Origin: Thermosulfurimonas dismutans
GTDB lineage: Bacteria; Desulfobacterota; Thermodesulfobacteria; Thermodesulfobacteriales; Thermodesulfobacteriaceae
DNA: 32,000 nucleotides
Reading direction: 5' to 3'
Assembly (NCBI RefSeq): GCF_001652585.1
Contig: NZ_LWLG01000011.1
Span: forward strand, 30,001-62,000
Part shown: piece by piece, positions 15,824-23,365 of the stretch
Position numbering within the stretch: the first letter of the stretch is position 1
How the letters are laid out: each line of letters begins with the position of its first letter
Position numbers and translations under genes: made by a program
Notes under the pieces: model-generated
What the model was told of the DNA's origin: nothing
The model's input: only the letters and a program-made list of their open reading frames with translations
Databases searched by the model: none

Positions 15824-17533
15824 CTAAAGTTCCACTCCCCAGCGTCTAAGGAAGTTGAGTCCGCCCGGAGGGACATAAGTATTCTTATACCCCGCAGCCA
15901 TAAGCCACCGCTGAGCCTCATAAGCTCGTCGGGAAGAATTACAGATAAGAATTATGTCTTTATCCCGCGGAATCTTATCCAAATTGGCCCGCACCTTATC
16001 GTATTCCACATGGATCCAGCGTCCCGGATACTTCTTGACCAGAGGTTCGGCTTCCTTGGGATGACGCGTATCCACGAAAACCGTATTAGGATCTCCTTCG
16101 CGGAGCCTACGTAGGACCTCCTCCCAATCGATCTGCACCAGAAGACCGGTCAGAATGTTCTCCGCAGTGTGTGCTACGTCATGGATGGGATCGAGTGCGG
16201 AGTTGAAGGGCGGAGCATAGGCCAGCTCGAGCCCTATAAGGTCTTCCACCGTGGGTCTATGGGGTAAAATAGAAGATATAGCGTGTATACGGGCCAGCGT
16301 CCCGTCAGTCTTGGGCCCCACAGCCTGAAAGCCGAGCACTCGTCTGGTTACGCGGTCCACCACCAGTTCCACGAAGATAAAATCGGCCTCGGGATAGTAA
16401 TGGGCCCGCTCGGTCTGGTTGTTGAGGGCGTAGATGGCGTCGAAACCCTCGGCCCGGGCCACTGAAAGCGAGATGCCGCAGGCCCCGATGGCCAGATCGA
16501 AACATTTCATGATGAAGGCCCCTACAGTGCCCGGAAACTTGGTGGGTCGGCCAGCAAGGTTGTCTCCGATCACCCGTCCCTCGCGGTTGGCTAGAGACCC
16601 CAGAGGCATGACCACTCTTTTCCCCAGCACTAGGTGGGGGATTTCTACACAATCGCCCCCGGCGTAGATGGCCGGATCTGAGGTCTGTAGCCGATCGTTC
16701 ACCACAATCCCGCGGGTAAGCGGCGAAACTAAAAGTCCTGCCTTCTGGGCCAATTCGGTATTGGGCCTCACCCCGGTGGCAAATAGCACCAGATCGGCAG
16801 GATAGATACCGTTTTCCTCCACCACCTCCGTAACCTTACCGTCTTTTCCACGGATTTCCTTTATCCGGGCGTTAAGTACTACCTTTACGCCCTTTTCCCG
16901 GAGGTGATGTTCCACCATGCGGGCCAAAGGTGGATCCACCAGACGAGGAAGCACCTGATCAAAATACTCAAGCACCGTTGTCTCAACTCCCCATAGATCG
17001 GAGAAGGCCTCGGCCATCTCAAGCCCTATGGGCCCGGCTCCGATTACCACCACCCGTTCCACCTCTCCCCGGGCCAGCCTGCTTTTGATCTCTATGGCCT
17101 TGTGCAGATTGGAGATAGCAAAAACCCCGTCAAGATCTCTTCCCGGAATGGGCGGCATAAATGGGGTAGAGCCCGTAGCCAGTACCAAGTTGTCGTAAGG
17201 AATCTCGTCTTGTTTACCGGAATCGAGGCATTTTACCTTAACCACCTTTCGTTCCCGATCGATATCGGTGGCCTGGGTCTTGGTCAGCACGTTCAGGCCC
17301 TTGGCATTGCGAAAATAGTGCTCGTCCCTCAACATGTGAAAGGAGGTCTCTCGCAGTTGGTTCTCATCCGGGATATCGCCGGAGACATAGTAGGGTATTC
17401 CACATCCCCCGTAAGAAATGAGATCGTCCTTATCAATAAGAGTTATCTCGGCCTCGGGCATAAGCCTTTTGGCCCGACTAGCGGCCTTAGGACCGCAAGC
17501 CACCGCCCCGATCACCACGATTCTTTTACCCAT
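15824..17533 (-). CDS. CoA-disulfide reductase / NADH-dependent persulfide reductase-like flavoprotein with a C-terminal rhodanese domain
   Basis: FAD fold (RIVVIGAVACGPKAA). CoADR-type redox Cys (ISYGGCGIPYY). NAD(P)H site (VVVIGAGPIGLE). C-terminal rhodanese with active-site loop CNSSRR. I prefer the ATG at 17533 (G7 SD-like run upstream) to the ORF-track start at 17590. Confidence 0.85.
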   Translation of the reverse strand: MGKRIVVIGAVACGPKAASRAKRLMPEAEITLIDKDDLISYGGCGIPYYVSGDIPDENQLRETSFHMLRDEHYFRNAKGLNVLTKTQATDIDRERKVVKVKCLDSGKQDEIPYDNLVLATGSTPFMPPIPGRDLDGVFAISNLHKAIEIKSRLARGEVERVVVIGAGPIGLEMAEAFSDLWGVETTVLEYFDQVLPRLVDPPLARMVEHHLREKGVKVVLNARIKEIRGKDGKVTEVVEENGIYPADLVLFATGVRPNTELAQKAGLLVSPLTRGIVVNDRLQTSDPAIYAGGDCVEIPHLVLGKRVVMPLGSLANREGRVIGDNLAGRPTKFPGTVGAFIMKCFDLAIGACGISLSVARAEGFDAIYALNNQTERAHYYPEADFIFVELVVDRVTRRVLGFQAVGPKTDGTLARIHAISSILPHRPTVEDLIGLELAYAPPFNSALDPIHDVAHTAENILTGLLVQIDWEEVLRRLREGDPNTVFVDTRHPKEAEPLVKKYPGRWIHVEYDKVRANLDKIPRDKDIILICNSSRRAYEAQRWLMAAGYKNTYVPPGGLNFLRRWGVEL

Positions 17534-17692
17534 GTTCCCCCCCTTTGCGGGATTTACTTCCTTCTTATCACTTTCTTCAGGACCTCGCAAATTCTCAAAA
17601 AATTTTTTATTAAATCATACCTACCTATATTTCCCAAAATCCATATTTTTCCTTAACTTACCACGATTTGAGATAGCAATCCCTGAACCCCA

Positions 17693-17738
17693 CTTAATCG
17701 TTTCGTTCCCCAGATTCCCACTTAAACGGAAATCTGGG
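17693..17738. repeat. Intergenic repeat copy A (module 1 + module 2, adjacent)
   Basis: Module 1 is CTTAATCGTTTCGTT (17693..17707). Module 2 is CCCAGATTCCCACTTAAACGGAAATCTGGG (17709..17738), an 8-bp stem hairpin. The copy is flanked by the direct repeat GATAGCAA at 17672..17679 and 17738..17745. Confidence 0.5.
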
Positions 17739-17746
17739 ATAGCAAC

Positions 17747-17775
17747 TTAAACTAGTCGCTAACACCTTTTATAAT
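17747..17775 (+). promoter_or_regulatory. Putative promoter of trpD-trkH-trkA
   Basis: Perfect -10 TATAAT (17770..17775) with a weak -35 TTAAAC (17747..17752) and a 17-nt spacer. GGGAGG SD lies before the ATG at 17812. Confidence 0.4.
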
Positions 17776-17811
17776 ACTATTCACACTTCGAAGAGCGGGA
17801 GGTAAGGACTT

Positions 17812-18852
17812 ATGGAAGACCTCAAGCCCTATCTAGCCAAGCTGGTCGAGGGGAAGGAGCTTACGGAGGAAGAGGCTGCAGAGGTCATTGGGCTCATCAT
17901 GGACGGCCGGGCCACTCCGGCCCAGATCGGAGCCCTGCTTTGTGCTCTGCGCATAAGGGGAGAAACCTGGCAGGAGGTAGCTGGAGCGGCCCGAGCTATG
18001 CGAAAACGCATGGTAAAGGTGCCTCACGGTCTTCCTGAGGATCAGCCCCTGGTGGATACCTGTGGAACCGGAGGGGACGCCAAGGGTACCTTCAACGTCT
18101 CTACGGCAGCGGCCTTTGTAGTGGCGGCTGCGGGCATTCCGGTGGCCAAACACGGAAACCGTTCCGTCACCAGCCGCTCGGGAAGCGCAGACGTGCTCGA
18201 GGCCTTGGGTATCCCGCTCGAACTCCCGCCGGAATTTGCGGCCAGGGCCCTTTCCGAGGTAGGCTTTACTTTTCTCTTTGCCCCAGCCTATCACCCAGCG
18301 GTAAAGGCCGTCATGGGACCAAGACGCGAACTGGGATTCCGGACTCTCTTTAACCTTTTGGGCCCTCTCTGCAATCCCGCCCTGGCAAACACCCAAGTAC
18401 TCGGGGTCTTTGACTTCCGGCTCACGGAGAAGATGGCCTACGCCCTGGATGCCCTGAGGGTGAGACGGGCGCTCGTGGTCTTCGGAGAGGGAGGCTATGA
18501 CGAGTTCACCGTGACCGGCTGGACCAAGGTCTCTGAACTCCGAGACGAACGGATCACCACCTACTATGTTACCCCGGAGGAGGTAGGGCTTGAGCGCTGC
18601 GAGGACCCCGAGGAGCTTAAGGGCGGAGATGCAGAGGAAAACGCCCGGATCCTAAAAAACATACTCTCCGGAAAGGATACGGGGCCCCGGCGGGACATGG
18701 TGTTACTGAACGCTGGAGCGGCCCTCTACGCCGCGGAAAAGACCTTGGATCTAAAAGGGGGGGTGAAGCTTGCCCGTGAGATCCTTGAATCCGGAAAGGC
18801 CTACGAAAAGCTCCAGGAAGTACAAAACTTCTTTAAGACCCTGAAAACCTGA
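17812..18852 (+). CDS. trpD: Anthranilate phosphoribosyltransferase TrpD
   Basis: 346 aa. Motifs GTGGDAKGTFNVSTAAA and AKHGNRSVTSRSGSADVLEALG. The N-terminal helical domain is typical of TrpD. Confidence 0.88.
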   Translation: MEDLKPYLAKLVEGKELTEEEAAEVIGLIMDGRATPAQIGALLCALRIRGETWQEVAGAARAMRKRMVKVPHGLPEDQPLVDTCGTGGDAKGTFNVSTAAAFVVAAAGIPVAKHGNRSVTSRSGSADVLEALGIPLELPPEFAARALSEVGFTFLFAPAYHPAVKAVMGPRRELGFRTLFNLLGPLCNPALANTQVLGVFDFRLTEKMAYALDALRVRRALVVFGEGGYDEFTVTGWTKVSELRDERITTYYVTPEEVGLERCEDPEELKGGDAEENARILKNILSGKDTGPRRDMVLLNAGAALYAAEKTLDLKGGVKLAREILESGKAYEKLQEVQNFFKTLKT

Positions 18853-20204
18853 TGTTTACCGTCCGGCCCCCTATACGCTCGACCTTCTATCTGGTTTTCT
18901 CTTTCGCGATCGCCTCCCTTTTAGGAAGCCTCCTACTGGTTCTCCCTGGGATGCATCGGGGGCATCTCTCCTTTCTCGACGCCCTTTTCACCTCCACCTC
19001 GGCCGTCTGCGTGACTGGTCTCACAGTGGTAGATACCGCCGATACCTTCACCCTTCCGGGCAAAATCGTCCTGCTTGCGCTCATCCAGGTGGGTGGACTC
19101 GGGATCATGACCTTCTCCACCCTGTTTTTTCTCCTTTTTGGAAGGGCTGTTCCCATCGAGGAAAGTCTGGCCCTCAAGGAAAGTTTTACGCCTTATCAAG
19201 GAGTAAGATTAAAACCTCTGCTCCTGACCATCATTTCCTATACTTTGATTATAGAAGCCGTGGTAACCATTTTATTATTTCTAGGCTTCATGCCGCTTTT
19301 TGCTCCTTCTTCAGCCCTGTTTCACGCCGCCTTTCACGCGGTCTCGGCCTTCTGTAACGCCGGCTTCTCAGATCTTCCGGACGGCCTTCTCGCTTATAGG
19401 AGGAACTACTACCTTCCGGGAGTTATCATGCTGGCCGTCCTAGCCGGGAATACGGGGTTCCCCATCATCTTTGAGACCGTAAACCGCATACGCTCCCGTC
19501 GCCCCCGGAGCTGGTCCCTGCACCTAAAACTCACGCTCTCGATACACCTGGTCCTGATACTAATGGGAGGCTTCTTCTTTTTTTGGTTTGAACGCGCCGG
19601 GGCCTTCCAAAACCTCCCCTTACCTTCTAAGCTGATGAACGCGCTCTTCCTTAGTGTCAGTGCCCGAACGGCCGGCTTCAACCTCATAGATCTAACCGCT
19701 TTCAGTGAAGCCTCTCTATATCTTTTAATTTCTCTCATGTTTGTGGGGGCTTGTCCCGGTTCCACTGGTGGTGGTGTCAAGACCACCACTCTGGGGGTCC
19801 TTCTGGCCTCGGTCGTGAGTCGTTTAAGGGGCCTCTCCCGAACCATGGCCTTCAAACGCACCATCCCGGAAGAGCTCCTCCATAAAGCCCTTACCCTGGT
19901 AACTCTTTACGCCCTCGTCATTTTTGCCGCTCAGTTTTTGCTGGTCTCTTCTCTACCCCACCGCCCCTTTTCGGACCTGGGCTCTGATTTCCTGGCCAGG
20001 CTCTTCGAGGTCACCTCGGCCCTAGGGACGGTGGGACTTTCAATCGGTTTAACCCCAGAACTTTCCAACTTTGAAAAACTTGTGATCATAGGCACCATGT
20101 TCATTGGACGGGTGGGGGTCTTATCCCTAGCCATACTTCTTACGGGCCTTTCCGCTGGCCACAAAGAGTTTTATTATCCTAAAGAGGAGGTCCTTCTGGG
20201 TTAA
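18852..20204 (+). CDS. Trk/Ktr-type K+ uptake system, membrane subunit (TrkH/KtrB family)
   Basis: 450-aa polytopic protein with pore-loop-like repeats (SAVCVTGLTV, CNAGFS, SARTAGFN, PGSTGGGVKTTT). Its ATG overlaps the trpD TGA (TGATG). Confidence 0.88.
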   Translation: MFTVRPPIRSTFYLVFSFAIASLLGSLLLVLPGMHRGHLSFLDALFTSTSAVCVTGLTVVDTADTFTLPGKIVLLALIQVGGLGIMTFSTLFFLLFGRAVPIEESLALKESFTPYQGVRLKPLLLTIISYTLIIEAVVTILLFLGFMPLFAPSSALFHAAFHAVSAFCNAGFSDLPDGLLAYRRNYYLPGVIMLAVLAGNTGFPIIFETVNRIRSRRPRSWSLHLKLTLSIHLVLILMGGFFFFWFERAGAFQNLPLPSKLMNALFLSVSARTAGFNLIDLTAFSEASLYLLISLMFVGACPGSTGGGVKTTTLGVLLASVVSRLRGLSRTMAFKRTIPEELLHKALTLVTLYALVIFAAQFLLVSSLPHRPFSDLGSDFLARLFEVTSALGTVGLSIGLTPELSNFEKLVIIGTMFIGRVGVLSLAILLTGLSAGHKEFYYPKEEVLLG

Positions 20205-20857
20205 TGACCAAGAAGCGTTTCGGTATCATCGGGTTGGGACGATTCGGGAGTTATCTAGCCCGCACCCTGGCCGAGCAGGGGCAGGAGGTCATCTGCATCG
20301 ATCGATCTGAAAAAGCGGTTGAGGAAATAAGCCCGCTTGTGGCGCAGGCCGTGGTGGCCGACGCCACCAAAAAGGAAACCCTAGAACACCTGGGATTTCA
20401 TAGAATAGACACCGCCATCGTGGCCATCGGGGCCCTGGCTCAGAGCGTGCTGGTAACTCTGTTTCTCAAGGAACTGGAGACCCCTTACATCATCGCCAAG
20501 GCCCTCAACGAAGAGGGGGCGAAGATCCTTTCCCTTATCGGGGCCGATCGGGTCATCATCCCTGAGAAAGACTCGGCGGTGAGACTGGCCCGTTCCTTGG
20601 TGATGCCCAACCTCCTAGACTTTCTTCCTCTTCTTCCCGACTTCTATATCGCCGAGGTTTACCCTCCGGCAGACTTTGTCGGGAAAACCCTCAAGGAACT
20701 TGACCTTCGGAAGAGGTATCGGGTCTATGTAATAGGCATCAAGAGGGCTTTTTCAGATAAGATTCAACTACTCCCCCCGGCCGACTATGTAATAGAAAAA
20801 GACGACCTTCTTTACCTCGTAGGGCACAAAAAGGATCTCGCTCCCTTCACCAGCTAG
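20204..20857 (+). CDS. Trk/Ktr-type K+ uptake system, RCK/NAD-binding subunit (TrkA/KtrA family)
   Basis: 217 aa. Rossmann GIIGLGRFG (RCK_N) and a C-terminal RCK_C/TrkA_C domain. Its ATG overlaps the trkH TAA (TAATG). Confidence 0.88.
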   Translation: MTKKRFGIIGLGRFGSYLARTLAEQGQEVICIDRSEKAVEEISPLVAQAVVADATKKETLEHLGFHRIDTAIVAIGALAQSVLVTLFLKELETPYIIAKALNEEGAKILSLIGADRVIIPEKDSAVRLARSLVMPNLLDFLPLLPDFYIAEVYPPADFVGKTLKELDLRKRYRVYVIGIKRAFSDKIQLLPPADYVIEKDDLLYLVGHKKDLAPFTS

Positions 20858-20858
20858 A

Positions 20859-20890
20859 AGCCACCGCCTGAGGCCTCAGGCGGTGGCTTA
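20859..20890. terminator. Perfect 32-nt palindrome / hairpin between convergent genes (probable bidirectional terminator)
   Basis: AAGCCACCGCCTGAGG|CCTCAGGCGGTGGCTT starts 1 nt after the trkA stop. No clear U-tract follows on either strand. Confidence 0.5.
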
Positions 20891-20931
20891 GCCTGTCAAC
20901 AGAGTGAATGTACGCAGGTCCTCAACTAATC

Positions 20932-21357
20932 TTAATGGCCTCCTACGCCCGGCAAGATAATAGGCTTCATAATGGCAAAGACAAACTCAGCTATCATGAT
21001 CAAGAAGAAGATAATATAAGCCTTCTGTCCGCCGGCTCGCGCAAGGGCTGCCACCAAAGCCAACAAAGGAGCCAAAGCCAGTATACAAATACCGAGCATG
21101 CTCAGGCAGTCCATCCCTTTAAGATTAGAAAGGAACCAAGCATATCCATGGATTTCTATCCCTTTGACCTCCTTCCAAAATTCGCTTACCGGGAGGTTCC
21201 AATTGGCAATGGCCTGCTTCATGTCCACAAAACCTGAAAGCCCAACTAGATAAAGCAGACCGAAGATCACCATGACCGCTAGACCAATATAAGTAGTTAT
21301 TTCCATGGCTCTTGCGAAGCTAATATTTAAGGGATCAATATAGACCTGCTTTTCCAT
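20932..21357 (-). CDS. Small integral membrane protein, DUF1634-like partner of TSUP permeases
   Basis: 141 aa with 3-4 TM segments, lying directly downstream (24-nt gap) of a TSUP gene. That is the usual DUF1634 context. The family call rests on architecture and context only. Confidence 0.5.
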   Translation of the reverse strand: MEKQVYIDPLNISFARAMEITTYIGLAVMVIFGLLYLVGLSGFVDMKQAIANWNLPVSEFWKEVKGIEIHGYAWFLSNLKGMDCLSMLGICILALAPLLALVAALARAGGQKAYIIFFLIMIAEFVFAIMKPIILPGVGGH

Positions 21358-21381
21358 CGTTTCCCTCCTTTTTAGGAATTT

Positions 21382-22353
21382 TTAAATCACGTGGAGGCCC
21401 TTGAGGCCCTTGATAATGTTAAGAACCGCCGCCAATAGCATAATAGCCATCACAAGATATTTTACAAAGACCGGTTTGGCCTTCACCGCAAGCTTGGCTC
21501 CGATCCGCGCTCCGATGGAAATACCTATCACCGAAGGCACCACGATCATGGGAAGCACTGCCCCTTTGGCGATGTAAATCCAGGCCGCCGCCGCGTCGTT
21601 GACCCCAATGATAACCATACTCGTAGAGGTCGCTACCTTGATGGGGGCCCCCATAAGGAGGTTCAGGACAGGCACATTGGCCCAACCAGCTCCCAAACCG
21701 AACATTCCAGCGATGAAACCCACTAAGGCGAAAAAGATAATACCTACCGGAAGACGAGTAATCTTGTACTCCACCACCTTGTTTAAGGTGGGCTCAAACC
21801 AGCTCCCCGTAAGCCCCAAAGCTGAGGAAAGTCCGTCCTGCTCCTTGACCTCCGGGAACTCCACCCTCTTAGAAGTGAGCATCACGACGAAAATAACGAA
21901 AAGCACCAGCCCCAAAGCAATAGTGATGTAGTATTTCCCAGAAGGAAAGGCGTTGGTGATCCAAAGGCCTACGATACCACCAATAATAGAAGTCACCATC
22001 GAAACACAAACCACTGGAGCCATGACTTTGATGTTGGCCAATCCCTTGCGAATGAGCTGAGGAGACGAGGAAAGAGCGCTGGTTAAAGCCATAATCAGAC
22101 CGGCTCCCCGAATAAAATCAACGCTAAAAGGGAAAAAAGCCGTCGAAAGAGGTACAAATAGCACTCCACCCCCTACGCCTGACATAGGAGCAATTAGACC
22201 AATAATAAAAGTAAATCCAAAAAGAATAAGAGGCCAGGCCCACCAGGGAAGACCCCCGCCTTTAGCGGCTGCCTCCGAGGCCAAAGCCTCCCCTCCCAGT
22301 CCAAAAACCAAAACCAGGAAACCCAAAAACAGCCATAACCATTTAACCCTCAT
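21382..22353 (-). CDS. TSUP (TauE/SafE, DUF81) family anion permease with an N-terminal signal-like extension
   Basis: 323-aa polytopic protein. Repeated Gly-rich TSUP motifs (PMSGVGGGVLFVPL and GMFGLGAGWANVPVL). N-terminus MRVKWLWLFLGFLVLVFGLGGEALA. Confidence 0.8.
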   Translation of the reverse strand: MRVKWLWLFLGFLVLVFGLGGEALASEAAAKGGGLPWWAWPLILFGFTFIIGLIAPMSGVGGGVLFVPLSTAFFPFSVDFIRGAGLIMALTSALSSSPQLIRKGLANIKVMAPVVCVSMVTSIIGGIVGLWITNAFPSGKYYITIALGLVLFVIFVVMLTSKRVEFPEVKEQDGLSSALGLTGSWFEPTLNKVVEYKITRLPVGIIFFALVGFIAGMFGLGAGWANVPVLNLLMGAPIKVATSTSMVIIGVNDAAAAWIYIAKGAVLPMIVVPSVIGISIGARIGAKLAVKAKPVFVKYLVMAIMLLAAVLNIIKGLKGLHVI

Positions 22354-22416
22354 AACACCTCCCTCCTTAGCCTAGATTTGAAACTTTTCTACACCTCTTC
22401 CCTTTTTTTGCAACCC

Positions 22417-23355
22417 TCAACTCCGGTTAACTACTACCAGGGTGGGAGAAGTCAAACGATGGAGGACCCTCTCAAACACACTCCCCATAAGGAGCTCCTT
22501 TATATGACCTATCCCCCGACGCCCCAAAAAGACTAGATCGTATTGTCCGGATTCCGCTTCTTCAATAATCTCTTCCGCCGGACTACCCAAGGCCAGCTTT
22601 TTGGTAATCGTACTTTGGATTCCGGCCTCCCTAAGAAACTTCTCCGCTGCAACCAAAATGGCATCGCTTTCTTCAGGGGTCCCCTTTTCCAACACCGGCA
22701 AGAAATCCACTACATGGAAAAGAACTATCTCTTTAGCCTGCCATAAAAGAGCTACCCCCGCAGCTTCCTCAAGGGCTTTCCAGGCATAAGAAGATCCGTC
22801 TAAACAGACCAAGATGCGAGGGGGACCACAGTGACCGCTTTCGGCAAAAAGTCTACCAACCACATAAGTAGAATGCTCACCCGGACGATGAATTAAGGCC
22901 TGCGTACAGCTTCCCAGAACAATTTCAGAAATGTGCGAGCGCGCTCTACGGGCTATGATTTCTGCACCGCAGGCCTTTTCATAGGCAAAACGGGCTATCT
23001 CTGCGGGCGGATCGCCACTCAAAACCACCTCTTCCACTGGGAGGTTGGGGAGCTCTTTTTTCAACTTCTCAGACGCCTCTGCCAAGAAGGGCTCGGCCTC
23101 TTTCTTAAGATACTCTTGATACAACTCCTTAAGGAGCTTGCTATCTTTGACCAAGCTCTCAAGCCGCAGATCTCGGCGGGAGGCTTTCTTGAGGGCATCC
23201 GAGGAAACTACGTGCAGAAGATAGACCTTCTTCACAATCCCTTCCGGAAGTCCTTTGAGCATACAGACCACAAAGTTCAGAAGGGCTTCGTAAGAACCGT
23301 CCTTACCCAAAGGAACCAAAATTTTTTCCAGATGGGGCAAAAACCTCTGAGGCAT
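22417..23355 (-). CDS. Tandem universal stress protein (two UspA domains)
   Basis: 312 aa. The second domain has the ATP motif G-x2-G-x9-GS (GRRGIGHIKELLMGS). The first domain has a degenerate version (ARRARSHISEIVLGS). Confidence 0.8.
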   Translation of the reverse strand: MPQRFLPHLEKILVPLGKDGSYEALLNFVVCMLKGLPEGIVKKVYLLHVVSSDALKKASRRDLRLESLVKDSKLLKELYQEYLKKEAEPFLAEASEKLKKELPNLPVEEVVLSGDPPAEIARFAYEKACGAEIIARRARSHISEIVLGSCTQALIHRPGEHSTYVVGRLFAESGHCGPPRILVCLDGSSYAWKALEEAAGVALLWQAKEIVLFHVVDFLPVLEKGTPEESDAILVAAEKFLREAGIQSTITKKLALGSPAEEIIEEAESGQYDLVFLGRRGIGHIKELLMGSVFERVLHRLTSPTLVVVNRS

Positions 23356-23365
23356 AGTCGGCCTC

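Noticed and set aside
17693-17738. CRISPR repeat or degenerate array interpretation of the shared motif
   Set aside because: There are only two copies, 12 kb apart, with no regular repeat-spacer periodicity and no cas genes in the window.
17534-17811. Tryptophan attenuator, leader peptide or TRAP site upstream of trpD
   Set aside because: There are no tandem TGG codons, no short leader ORF and no array of spaced GAG/TAG triplets. The TATAAT promoter lies only about 35 nt from the ATG.
17102-18396. Long antisense ORFs 17102..17656 (+, 184 aa) and 17833..18396 (-, 187 aa)
   Set aside because: They lie entirely opposite strongly supported genes (CoADR-rhodanese and trpD). Their composition is low-complexity and Arg/Ser/Gly-rich, typical of shadow frames.
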